From NCBI GenBank assembly GCA_032128875.1, contig JAVLKG010000001.1:1049453-1113452 (forward strand): a DNA stretch of 64,000 bases. The letters run 5' to 3'. Origin of the DNA: Candidatus Melainabacteria bacterium 17Bon1m (GTDB taxonomy: Bacteria > Cyanobacteriota > Vampirovibrionia > Obscuribacterales > Obscuribacteraceae). This document shows, piece by piece, positions 1 through 8,171 of the stretch (its first letter is position 1; each line of letters opens with the position of its first letter). The notes under the pieces are model-generated. The model had not been told where the DNA came from and made no database searches. It worked only from the letters and a program-made list of their open reading frames with translations. The position numbers and the translations under genes are program-made.

Positions 1-224
1 TGACTTGCATATCGTTGCGCGGCTGATCTGACACGCTCAGCCACTTTCATCATGTACTCTTGTTTTTCTTTTTCGTTCTTGAATTGCGGGTTGACCATCT
101 TCTCAACCGGCGCAAAAAGCTCCTCAGCTTGAGCGATTGCCGGAAGCAAGAGCGCGGCTTGCCCCAGTAGCGACAATGCAGACGCTGCCAAAAAAATCCT
201 CAAGTTTATAGAAATGACCACCAT
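1..224 (-). CDS. Partial hypothetical exported protein; runs off the left edge of the window
   Basis: Manual translation from ATG at 224 gives MVVISINLRIFLAASALSLLGQAALLLPAIAQAEELFAPVEK... The frame stays open to base 1 and has a signal-peptide-like N-terminus ending AQA. Not in the ORF track because it has no stop. Confidence 0.6.
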   Translation of the reverse strand, partial: MVVISINLRIFLAASALSLLGQAALLLPAIAQAEELFAPVEKMVNPQFKNEKEKQEYMMKVAERVRSAAQRYAS

Positions 225-379
225 CGATTGGATTATATTCGATGACTAGGTGCTTTGGGTCGCCCGTAGGGGTGAATGCGACGGGTTTTGAGTTTTGTTT
301 TGCAGGTAAACCAGTTTCATTCTGTTGCGCAAACCAGTAAATTTCAGTTGCATATTGATGTTGCATCTAAAATATTGAA

Positions 380-907
380 ATGAAAGTTTCGAGTCAGGTA
401 ACGAAAATTACAGGCGATGCCGTCTTCGACAAAAGTCGACGTTATCGCTATTCGCTTTCGCGCCAATGGAACGCAGAACTACCAAGAGTTGTATTCGTCA
501 TGCTCAACCCGAGCAAGGCCGATGCATCTCTAAATGATCCGACTATCTCTCGTTGCATCTCATTTGCAGTTAGTCACGGATGCGGCGCTCTGGAGGTCGT
601 TAATCTGTTTGCTTTCCGAACGGCTTATCCCGAAGAGTTGCGCTCTTGTCGACGTCCTGTTGGAAAGCTCAACGATCAGTACATAACTGAGGCGGCCGAA
701 AGGGCTTCGATTGTGGTTGTAGCCTGGGGGAATTGGGGTTATCTGCACGGACGAGATGCTGAAGTGCTCGAGCTGATCGCCGCCAAGAACCCGCTCTTTT
801 GCTTTGGCATTACTCTAAAAGGGCAGCCGCGCCATCCGCTGTTCCTTCCCTCTGATATTCGTCTGGTTGAGCTTCCCCGTAAAGTCTCGCCCGGTTTGGC
901 TTTTTAG
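380..907 (+). CDS. DUF1643 domain-containing protein
   Basis: Motifs YRYSLSRQW, FVMLNPSKAD, DPTISRC, NLFAFRT, VVAWG and GQPRHPL are typical of DUF1643. Confidence 0.85.
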   Translation: MKVSSQVTKITGDAVFDKSRRYRYSLSRQWNAELPRVVFVMLNPSKADASLNDPTISRCISFAVSHGCGALEVVNLFAFRTAYPEELRSCRRPVGKLNDQYITEAAERASIVVVAWGNWGYLHGRDAEVLELIAAKNPLFCFGITLKGQPRHPLFLPSDIRLVELPRKVSPGLAF

Positions 908-936
908 CGTTTTGGCGACGTTTCAAAAAACTCTAA

Positions 937-962
937 GGAACTTGGAGGTACTTTCCGCGTCT
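937..962 (+). promoter_or_regulatory. ECF/sigmaE-type promoter GGAAC-N16-CGTCT
   Basis: ggaac ttggaggtactttccg cgtct, about 70 nt upstream of ORF 1031; one of seven copies. Confidence 0.7.
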
Positions 963-1030
963 CTCCGGCAGGTTTCCCGAAAAAACGATTTACGGGGCAG
1001 GGCAGGGGACCTAAAGACGTGGAGTGATTT

Positions 1031-1471
1031 ATGTCCAAGAGTTTTATTTCAGTATCAAAAATGATCTCAGGATCGGTTCTGGTGGGCACCACAATCTGTC
1101 TTCTTTGCTCGTGCTCTCAAAAGGTTTCGGAAACAAGTCATACGGGTGACGGTTACACGGAAAAGACAGAAGTCGTAAGAGAAGGCGACCATCTTAAGAC
1201 CACCACTGTAACAACAGAAATTGACCCTATTAACGGTGATAAGGACGATGTGCATATCACTACGTCCGAAGCTGACGGCATCCATGTGAGACTTCCTGAA
1301 GACGAAACAAATGATGGTCGTGTCAGAGTCCGTGCGCCTTTCGTGAAAATGGATTCCGATGATAACAGCGGTTCTGTGCATGTGCGCGCGCCGTTTCTTA
1401 AGGTGGACAAAGATGGGCATGGTGACCGCGTTCGCGTCAGAATCCCAGGTATCCACATCAACACAGACTAG
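1031..1471 (+). CDS. Hypothetical lipoprotein with short internal beta-repeats
   Basis: Hydrophobic N-terminus with lipobox-like LLCSC; repeats VRVRAPFVK, VHVRAPFLK and VRVRIPGIH. Confidence 0.7.
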   Translation: MSKSFISVSKMISGSVLVGTTICLLCSCSQKVSETSHTGDGYTEKTEVVREGDHLKTTTVTTEIDPINGDKDDVHITTSEADGIHVRLPEDETNDGRVRVRAPFVKMDSDDNSGSVHVRAPFLKVDKDGHGDRVRVRIPGIHINTD

Positions 1472-1522
1472 TACTTAAACCAAATAAACACCAAGCAACA
1501 GATCAACATAAGGAAAAAGAAA

Positions 1523-1963
1523 ATGGATAACGAATTTGTACATGAGTTTAATTCGCTTTTGGCAGGCGAGAGAAGCTGTGTGGAAACATACGATCTGGCG
1601 CTTAGTAAGGCAAAACAGGCTGACGTTTTGGAAACCTTGACCTACTGCCGTAACAATCACATGGCACGTGTTGCTCTGTTGACCAGTCACGTGCTGTCGA
1701 TGGGTGGCACTCCGAATGAAGGTTCGGGTATCTGGGGCGGTTTTGAAAAGTTCGTTCAGGACAGCGCTGCCAATGAGCGAGATGCTGTCGCTATGTTAGA
1801 ACAAGCTGAAGCAGAGCGTTTGGTCAATTACGAATCGCAACATGAATTGGTGATTGGACCAGTGAAAGTCTGCCTTGCTAACGAATTGCTCCCGGCGCAA
1901 CATGAAACGCACCTTGCATTGAGTACGTTATTGAAAAATCTGCCGGAAACCAAAGCTGCCTAG
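1523..1963 (+). CDS. Ferritin-like four-helix-bundle protein (DUF2383/PA2169-like)
   Basis: NSLLAGERSCVETY..H..RV..L...V...GG.P...SG.WG pattern; SD aagga upstream. Confidence 0.75.
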   Translation: MDNEFVHEFNSLLAGERSCVETYDLALSKAKQADVLETLTYCRNNHMARVALLTSHVLSMGGTPNEGSGIWGGFEKFVQDSAANERDAVAMLEQAEAERLVNYESQHELVIGPVKVCLANELLPAQHETHLALSTLLKNLPETKAA

Positions 1964-2119
1964 TTTTAGAGCGCTTTGTCTATCCGTTGAATCCAGCGAC
2001 CTCGCAAGCGCAACTGCTTTTGCAGCACTAACAAGTTAGACCGCCAGCATTATCCCCTCTCGCCATGAGTAGGGGATTTTTGCATGTTTTATAAAGTTCG
2101 ACACTTTTCTCATACGGGT

Positions 2120-2147
2120 GGAACCGTTTTTTTTCACCGGCGTCAAA
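2120..2147 (+). promoter_or_regulatory. ECF/sigmaE-type promoter GGAAC-N16-CGTCAAA
   Basis: ggaac cgttttttttcaccgg cgtcaaa, about 33 nt upstream of ATG 2180. Confidence 0.75.
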
Positions 2148-2179
2148 CCGGTATTCAACAATAAGTAAGAGGAAGTTTT

Positions 2180-3295
2180 ATGCCACAATCCACAAATGGC
2201 CGAAAGCTTCGCTATGGTATTGTCGGTCTTGGTCATATTGCCCAAGTCGCCGTCTTGCCGGCTTTCGAGCATGCGAAGAAAAATTCTGTACTAGCCGCAT
2301 TTGTTTCTGACGATGGGAAAAAGCTTAAAGAGCTTGGTAAGCATTATGGAGTTGACGCGCTCTATGACTACGATCATTTTGATGAATGCTTGCGTGAATC
2401 TGAACTGGACGCCGTATATATAGCTCTGCCCAACAATATGCACAAAGATTTTTCCATTCGCGCCGCAGAAGCTGGGGTACACGTTCTTTGTGAAAAACCT
2501 ATGGCGATGAACAGTGAAGAATGCATTCAAATGATTGAAGCAGCTGACCGAAATAATGTGAAATTGATGATTGCCTACCGGCTTCATTTTGAAGAAGCTA
2601 ACATGAAGATGGTAGAAGTTTGCCAGACTAAGAAGATCGGCGATCCACGCCTGTTTAACTCGACTTTTACGATGCAAGTCAAAGAAGGAAACATCCGCAC
2701 AAAAGGTGGTATGGGGGGCGGACCACTCTATGATATCGGCATATACTGCATCAACGCAGCCCGCTATCTTTTCCAAGCCGAGCCTTTGGAAGTGACTGCA
2801 CTTGCTGCTTCTTCCAGCGATGAAAGATTTGAATCAATCGATGAAACAGTCGGTGCCGTGATGCGTTTTCCTGACGAAAGAATTGCGACATTTGTCTGCA
2901 GTTTTGGCGCATCGGATAAAGGTCGATATGACGTTGTAGGTACCGAGGGACACTGCTCGATGGACCCGGCATATGATTATGCGATGGAATTGAAATACGA
3001 AATCAAGCAAGGTAAACGAACGACTGAAAAGGAAATTCCAAAGCGCGACCAATTTGCGCCAGAACTTCTTCACTTTTCCGATTGCATTATTAACGACACC
3101 ATTCCTGAGCCAAACGGTTTAGAAGGGTTGGCGGATATGTTGGTTATCGAAGCGATTAATGAATCGTTGATGACGGGCAAGACAGTCGGAGTCAAGTTAT
3201 TGGAGAAGGACTCTCGTCCTGGTCCGGAGCAGGTAATGAAAAAGCCTGGTGTGGATAAACCAAAACTGGTGCACGCCGAATCCGGCTCGAAATAA
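2180..3295 (+). CDS. Gfo/Idh/MocA family oxidoreductase (glucose-fructose oxidoreductase-like)
   Basis: GIVGLGHIA Rossmann motif, HVLCEKPMA, GGGPLYDIGIYCIN. Confidence 0.92.
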   Translation: MPQSTNGRKLRYGIVGLGHIAQVAVLPAFEHAKKNSVLAAFVSDDGKKLKELGKHYGVDALYDYDHFDECLRESELDAVYIALPNNMHKDFSIRAAEAGVHVLCEKPMAMNSEECIQMIEAADRNNVKLMIAYRLHFEEANMKMVEVCQTKKIGDPRLFNSTFTMQVKEGNIRTKGGMGGGPLYDIGIYCINAARYLFQAEPLEVTALAASSSDERFESIDETVGAVMRFPDERIATFVCSFGASDKGRYDVVGTEGHCSMDPAYDYAMELKYEIKQGKRTTEKEIPKRDQFAPELLHFSDCIINDTIPEPNGLEGLADMLVIEAINESLMTGKTVGVKLLEKDSRPGPEQVMKKPGVDKPKLVHAESGSK

Positions 3296-3301
3296 TAGTT
3301 C

Positions 3302-3384
3302 TTGCAAATTGACTGTAGTGGCGACGCCATGCGTCGCCCAGTTTGCAAATTTAACTGTAGGGCGACGCATGGCGTCGCCCGTTT
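3302..3384. repeat. Tandem pair of GTAG-type REP-like palindromes
   Basis: Two ~41-nt units: ttgcaaatt..actgtag-(t/g)ggcgacgc-cat/atg-gcgtcgccc. Confidence 0.75.
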
Positions 3385-3441
3385 CGGAACAACACCTTTT
3401 GCCAGTAAACGCAGACTGGCGCCACGTTTCTAAACGAATGC

Positions 3442-3469
3442 GGAACTATTGCCCGGCTCTTCGGTCTAA
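3442..3469 (+). promoter_or_regulatory. ECF/sigmaE-type promoter GGAAC-N16-GGTCTAA
   Basis: ggaac tattgcccggctcttc ggtctaa, about 50 nt upstream of ATG 3520. Confidence 0.75.
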
Positions 3470-3519
3470 CAGAAAAGCATCAAGAAGAGCATCAAATAAG
3501 GCATCGAGGAGACATCTTA

Positions 3520-4179
3520 ATGAACAAGATTTTGAATGCAATTTTCGGACTCTCCGCCGAATCCGGCGAAGCCGCTCATGCCGACATTGTTGAAATGTTG
3601 AAGGCTGATCACAGACGAGTAGCGGAATTGTTTGCAAGATACGAGAAATTGCCAGCAACTGCAACTCGTGAAAAGCGTAAAATCTTACGTGAAATTTTTG
3701 CTGAACTCGAGATTCACACGAAGTTAGAAGAAGAGCTTGTGTACCCAGAAGTTGAAGGTGCAGAGGAGCATGTAACTGAGGCTCACGAAGAGCATCATGT
3801 CATCGATCTGATTATCGCCGAGATAAAGAAAGTGAGATCGATGAATGAAAAGACTGATGCGAAAGTGAAAGTGCTTAAGGAAATGATTGAGCATCACGTC
3901 AAAGAAGAAGAGTGGGAAATGCTCCCAAGACTTCCCCAGGATGAGTTGGAAGAGATTGGTGCAAAGGTAAAGGTTCGCAAAGAAGAACTACTGGGCAAAG
4001 AGTTTCCAGAAAAGCATATGGAACGTGCTGGTGTTCAGCCAGTGGAAGAATTGTACGGTGGCAGCGAGACAGGCGAAGTTGTTTCGCAGAAAGATGCAGC
4101 AGAAGAAAAGCCCGTCACAAAAGAATCAACAACCAAACCGAAGACCAAGCGCTCACGTAAGAAGCATTCAGCTGCGTAG
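3520..4179 (+). CDS. Hemerythrin-like (HHE cation-binding) domain protein with basic C-terminal tail
   Basis: DHRRV, HTKLEEELVYP, EEHHV and HHVKEEE motifs; SD gaggag. Confidence 0.88.
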   Translation: MNKILNAIFGLSAESGEAAHADIVEMLKADHRRVAELFARYEKLPATATREKRKILREIFAELEIHTKLEEELVYPEVEGAEEHVTEAHEEHHVIDLIIAEIKKVRSMNEKTDAKVKVLKEMIEHHVKEEEWEMLPRLPQDELEEIGAKVKVRKEELLGKEFPEKHMERAGVQPVEELYGGSETGEVVSQKDAAEEKPVTKESTTKPKTKRSRKKHSAA

Positions 4180-4268
4180 TTTCGGCGTGTTCTGAATACG
4201 AACCGCCAAAACATGAACCTGGTGACCCTAATTAAGCCCACCACCGACACTAGATCGAGGATAGATTA

Positions 4269-5855
4269 ATGACTTTCTCCAGACCTTCCAAACCAATTTG
4301 GGATGACTCAACGGCGATGCCTGAATTTCAGCCGCTGGCGACTAATACCAGTTGTGATGTCGCGATTATCGGAGCGGGGGTGACGGGCTTGACCACCGCT
4401 TATTTGCTTGCGAAAGAAGGAAGGGATGTTCTAGTCCTCGATGACGGAGATGTTACTGGCGGGCAGACCGGGCGCACGACAGCCCACTTAACCGCTTTTA
4501 TGGATTTTCGCTACGAAGAACTTTTGCGCATGTTTGGCCAAGAAAAGACCACGAAAATTGCTGCAAGCCAGGTTGATGCTGTCGACGAAATCGGACACAT
4601 CGTTGCGCAAGAGCGTATCGATTGTGAATTCGCCAGGGTAGACGCATTTCTTTTGCTGGGGCGCGAAGACAAGACAGAGACACTGTTTAACGAGATGCAA
4701 GCGATGCAGAGTGTCGGGTTTGCAAATGTTGTTTTTGGCGAAACATCTCTTTGGGGGCACAGGGAAATTCCTTATCTGATGCTCAATCATCAAGCGCAAT
4801 TGGATATTCGCAAGTATATGTATGGTCTTGTTGCGCGTATTACAGAACTTGGTGGTCGAATACATTCGGGCACTCATATTGCTAGCTTCGAGAAGGGACA
4901 GCCTGCCGAACTTACGACTTCAAACGAACGCAAGATTACGGCTAACCATGTCGTGGTGGCTACCCATACTCCAATTACCGATTTGATTTCTATCCACACA
5001 AAACAGACCGCATATCGCACCTATGTGATCGGTGCGCAGGTCGAGCAAGACATCATCCCGCCAGGACTCTTCATGGACACGGAAGACCCTTATCATTACA
5101 TTCGCAGCACTCAATTGGGCGACAAAATGTATGTGATTATCGGAGGTGAAGATCATCGAACCGGGCAGGAGTCTGACTATGATGAGCGCTACGACAAATT
5201 GGAAGATTGGGCTAGAGAAATGCTGCCACAACTGGGCCCAATAGAATATCGCTGGTCAGGTCAAGTTTACGAACCTGTCGACGGTCTTCCCTTTATTGGC
5301 AAGGATCCAGGCCAGTCGGACAACTTCTACGTTGCCACCGGATATTCGGGCTCTGGTATCACCAATGGCACTATGGCTGCAAAGCTTATTAGAGACCAAA
5401 TTCTTGGAAAGGAAAATGAGCTGTTGGAGATTTACGACCCTGGTCGTAAGACCGCTGCAGCATTACCTGAATACGTAAAAGAAAACATCAATTCCGTAAG
5501 TCAGTATTCAAAGCATTTTTCAGGAGGGCAGGTTGCTTCTGCTGATGAAATTCCACCAGGTGAGGGAGCTGTCATCGCTAGAGGCGTTCAACACTTTGCT
5601 GTCTATAAGGATGCTAACGGGTCTGTTATTGAATGTTCTGCGGTATGCCCACATGCAAAAGGGATTGTCTGTTGGAACACCGCTGAGAAGACGTGGGACT
5701 GTCCAGCACACGGCTCCCGATTTAGCTGTACCGGTGAAGTGATTGACGGCCCTGCAAATACTAATCTGGAAGCGAAGCAAATCAGTGGTGAGCAAGATGA
5801 GTTTATGCAGATTCAATTGCCCCTGAAGAATCCGACCAAACTGCCTAGTCTCTGA
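4269..5855 (+). CDS. FAD-dependent oxidoreductase with C-terminal Rieske [2Fe-2S] domain (YhfW-like)
   Basis: GAGVTGLTTA FAD motif, GRTTAHLT, Rieske CPHAKG...WDCPAHGSRF. Confidence 0.9.
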   Translation: MTFSRPSKPIWDDSTAMPEFQPLATNTSCDVAIIGAGVTGLTTAYLLAKEGRDVLVLDDGDVTGGQTGRTTAHLTAFMDFRYEELLRMFGQEKTTKIAASQVDAVDEIGHIVAQERIDCEFARVDAFLLLGREDKTETLFNEMQAMQSVGFANVVFGETSLWGHREIPYLMLNHQAQLDIRKYMYGLVARITELGGRIHSGTHIASFEKGQPAELTTSNERKITANHVVVATHTPITDLISIHTKQTAYRTYVIGAQVEQDIIPPGLFMDTEDPYHYIRSTQLGDKMYVIIGGEDHRTGQESDYDERYDKLEDWAREMLPQLGPIEYRWSGQVYEPVDGLPFIGKDPGQSDNFYVATGYSGSGITNGTMAAKLIRDQILGKENELLEIYDPGRKTAAALPEYVKENINSVSQYSKHFSGGQVASADEIPPGEGAVIARGVQHFAVYKDANGSVIECSAVCPHAKGIVCWNTAEKTWDCPAHGSRFSCTGEVIDGPANTNLEAKQISGEQDEFMQIQLPLKNPTKLPSL

Positions 5856-5918
5856 AAACTCCATGCCCTCGCCGTTTAAGCGGGTTATAGACGCTGGGGT
5901 TTTCCCTATATCTGTAAA

Positions 5919-5946
5919 GGAACATGTAAAGCAATTCTGGGTCTTT
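5919..5946 (+). promoter_or_regulatory. ECF/sigmaE-type promoter GGAAC-N16-GGTCTTT
   Basis: ggaac atgtaaagcaattctg ggtcttt, upstream of small ORF 5978. Confidence 0.7.
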
Positions 5947-5977
5947 AAGTCCATAAGTGGAGATGGAGGCGACGAAA

Positions 5978-6181
5978 ATGAAAAGCAGTTCCGAACAAAA
6001 TATGAATGAAACGTCTTATTCAGTCGTGCAATTGAACAATGATTTGAAGCGAATGCTGTCTGTTCAATTCAAGGAATTCATTCACCACATTGAAGATCAC
6101 GAGCGCGTTGCGAGCATCGACTTTACTCGACCGAGACGCACCATTGCTTGGATCTCCATGTACGATAGAAAAATCGCTTAG
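5978..6181 (+). CDS. Small hypothetical protein (67 aa)
   Basis: SD ggagg precedes ATG 5978; it has its own ECF-type promoter and a hairpin follows the stop. Confidence 0.6.
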   Translation: MKSSSEQNMNETSYSVVQLNNDLKRMLSVQFKEFIHHIEDHERVASIDFTRPRRTIAWISMYDRKIA

Positions 6182-6290
6182 TCGCTGCCCGTCTACTTTA
6201 ATTGCGTTGAAACGTGAGAGAAGTAGACGAGCAAGTTTGAGTTAATATCTCGGATACAGAAGTGTTTTGTCACATCGGTGTGCCCAACTT
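6182..6290 (-). ncRNA. Candidate ECF-dependent small RNA (or small-peptide transcript)
   Basis: Lies downstream of the minus-strand promoter at 6321-6294; no ORF with an SD; hairpin at the 3' end. Confidence 0.4.
6185..6236. terminator. Inverted repeat / possible shared terminator hairpin
   Basis: gcccgtctactt ... aagtagacgagc; large loop and no strong U-tract. Confidence 0.45.
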
Positions 6291-6293
6291 TGG

Positions 6294-6321
6294 GTAGACC
6301 TCCGTCAGCATACTAAGTTCC
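6294..6321 (-). promoter_or_regulatory. ECF/sigmaE-type promoter GGAAC-N16-GGTCTAC (minus strand)
   Basis: Reverse complement reads GGAAC TTAGTATGCTGACGGA GGTCTAC. Confidence 0.65.
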
Positions 6322-6429
6322 CAACTTACCAAGTTAGATTTTCCGCCTTCTTTACTTGATGCAGAGGCGCCACGTTTTAGAGCACCGTTCAACTATTTCT
6401 AAAGTTGGCTCATCCATGACTCGGATGCG

Positions 6430-6458
6430 GGAACTGTTACCCTCACGCGTTGGTCCCA
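6430..6458 (+). promoter_or_regulatory. ECF/sigmaE-type promoter GGAAC-N17-GGTC
   Basis: ggaac tgttaccctcacgcgtt ggtccca, upstream of the BON / membrane protein / csbD unit. Confidence 0.55.
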
Positions 6459-6550
6459 CAACTGCGAGTTCAATAATGCCTTCGTTGCACTATTGCTCAC
6501 TGGCATTTATTACCGCAAAACAATCAACTCTATGAGAGGAGTTTTGTCAT

Positions 6551-7144
6551 ATGAAGACCCGAGCCTTTTTCACCCTTTCATCCGTTTTGGCGTCGTTAGC
6601 TCTCACTATCGCTCCAGTCCTTGCAAACAACGGTGTGGAGTTGAAAAATCGACTTGATTCTGCGGAAAGCAGAGGGTCGGTTTCGCGAGAAGCGCTTGTA
6701 CAGTTGCGGGCGGATCAGACAGCACTCGAGAAGCAGGAAGCGGACATTCGCGCTAAATACGATGGCTTGTTGCCGGCTCGAAAGGCTGTAAAGCTTACCA
6801 AAGAGCGGAAAAAGCTGATTGCAAAACTCGACAAAATCGAGTCGAGAAAGCCTGATAACACAGCTCAGAATTACGGTGATGCCCGCAAAGAGTCTCCGAC
6901 ACCACAAGTGCAATCGGGAAAGAAAGCCGACATCGATCGATTGCTTGCGATCAGAAAAGAGTTAGTTGGCGACAAGAGTCTTTCCAGCAACGCCAAGAAT
7001 GTGAAAGTCGTTGTGATCAACGGCACTGTCACTTTGCGTGGTGTAGTGAACAGTGAGTCCGAAAAGGTGAAAGTGGCCAGTGCTGCGCGTAAGTTCGCAG
7101 ATGATTCCAAAGTTTTGGATGAATTGGAGGTAAACACTCAATAA
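6551..7144 (+). CDS. Exported BON-domain protein
   Basis: Signal peptide (..APVLA); C-terminal BON motif LSSNAKNVKVVVINGTVTLRGVVNSESEK. Confidence 0.85.
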   Translation: MKTRAFFTLSSVLASLALTIAPVLANNGVELKNRLDSAESRGSVSREALVQLRADQTALEKQEADIRAKYDGLLPARKAVKLTKERKKLIAKLDKIESRKPDNTAQNYGDARKESPTPQVQSGKKADIDRLLAIRKELVGDKSLSSNAKNVKVVVINGTVTLRGVVNSESEKVKVASAARKFADDSKVLDELEVNTQ

Positions 7145-7168
7145 CTGAGCCTTGTAGGAGGGTTTGTA

Positions 7169-7696
7169 ATGTCAATTGCAGTTGTATGTTTGGTGAATGA
7201 TTTGATGCAGGCTGACACCATTGTTGGCAGCTTGAAGAACGCAGGTTTTAGAAGCGCGGATATCTCTTTGCTTATGCCCGACACCGCGGGCTTCAGAGAC
7301 GCCGGTTATGAAAAACACAGCAAGGCTCCGGAAGGCGCCTCCGCAGGCGCTGGTGCAGGTATGGTGCTAGGTGGTGCTTTGGGTTGGCTGGCTGGTGTGG
7401 GTGCTCTTGCATTGCCTGGTCTCGGTGCATTCATTGCTGCCGGGCCGATCATGGCAGCATTGAGTGGTGCCGCTGTTGGTGGCGCGGTGGGAGGAATGAG
7501 TGGCGGTTTGATCGGGCTTGGGATGCCGGAGATTGAAGCAAAACAATACGAAGGCAAGATGAAAGAGCTGAATCGCATTTTCATTTCTGTTCACACCGAG
7601 AATAAGGACGAGGTAAAAGTAGCCGAGAAGATTTTCAAAGATCTCGGAGCTAAAGACGTAAACGCTATTCACGAGGAAAAGGCGCATACACGCTAG
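7169..7696 (+). CDS. General-stress-type membrane protein with glycine zipper (DUF3341/YflT-like)
   Basis: APEGASAGAGAG..LGGALGWLAG...FIAAGPIMAAL...GLGMPEIEAKQYE. Confidence 0.75.
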   Translation: MSIAVVCLVNDLMQADTIVGSLKNAGFRSADISLLMPDTAGFRDAGYEKHSKAPEGASAGAGAGMVLGGALGWLAGVGALALPGLGAFIAAGPIMAALSGAAVGGAVGGMSGGLIGLGMPEIEAKQYEGKMKELNRIFISVHTENKDEVKVAEKIFKDLGAKDVNAIHEEKAHTR

Positions 7697-7743
7697 TTTT
7701 TAAACCTTACTGAAAATTTGAAAAACTAACAAAGGAGATAGAT

Positions 7744-7941
7744 ATGAACTGGGATCAAATTGAAGGCAATTGGAAACAATTCGAAGGTAAAGTAAAAACT
7801 CAGTGGGGCAAACTCACTGACGATGACTGGAAACTGGTCGAAGGAAAGAAAGATCAGCTGCTCGGAAAAATTCAAGAGCGTTATGGTCATAGTAAAGAAG
7901 CGGCCGAAAAGGAACTCGATGAGTTTTGCGCAAGGCTCTAA
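7744..7941 (+). CDS. csbD: CsbD family general stress protein
   Basis: MNWDQIEGNWKQFEGKVKTQWGKLTDDD...GKIQERYG; SD aaggag. Confidence 0.92.
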   Translation: MNWDQIEGNWKQFEGKVKTQWGKLTDDDWKLVEGKKDQLLGKIQERYGHSKEAAEKELDEFCARL

Positions 7942-7979
7942 TTGCGTTTGCCTCAGTTAGATTGCTTCATAAAAGCAGG

Positions 7980-8009
7980 AAAAAGTCCCGCCTATCGCGG
8001 GACTTTTTT
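7980..8009. terminator. Bidirectional intrinsic terminator
   Basis: aaaaagtcccgc ctatc gcgggactttttt. Confidence 0.85.
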
Positions 8010-8053
8010 GTGAGCTGAAATAACTAATTTGACTCTTTTTTAGCTCACGCGTG

Positions 8054-8138
8054 AAATACAAGAATAAGAAATCGGCGTAGGCACATGCAAACCTACGCCG
8101 ATTTCTATTGTCTTATGAGTTATCGATCCTTGTTCTCT
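8054..8138 (-). ncRNA. Candidate ECF-dependent small RNA (~85 nt) ending in a 15-bp hairpin
   Basis: Promoter at 8171-8144, then an A-rich single-stranded segment, a perfect stem AGAAATCGGCGTAGG/CCTACGCCGATTTCT and a U-rich tail. Confidence 0.5.
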
Positions 8139-8143
8139 GATTA

Positions 8144-8171
8144 CTGGACTAAGCGTCTATACCAAAGTTCC
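8144..8171 (-). promoter_or_regulatory. ECF/sigmaE-type promoter GGAAC-N16-AGTCCAG (minus strand)
   Basis: Reverse complement reads GGAAC TTTGGTATAGACGCTT AGTCCAG; shares GTTGGGAACTT with the 6321 site. Confidence 0.6.

Noticed and set aside
124-366. 80-aa minus-strand ORF from the track
   Set aside because: Overlaps, in another frame, a more plausible signal-peptide ORF starting at 224; no motif
3302-3384. Possible mini-CRISPR array
   Set aside because: Only two adjacent units, no unique spacers and no cas genes; matches the REP family
4180-4268. ECF promoter for the Rieske-FAD gene (cgaac/tgaac sites)
   Set aside because: No GTC at the required spacing; the gene is probably co-transcribed with the hemerythrin gene
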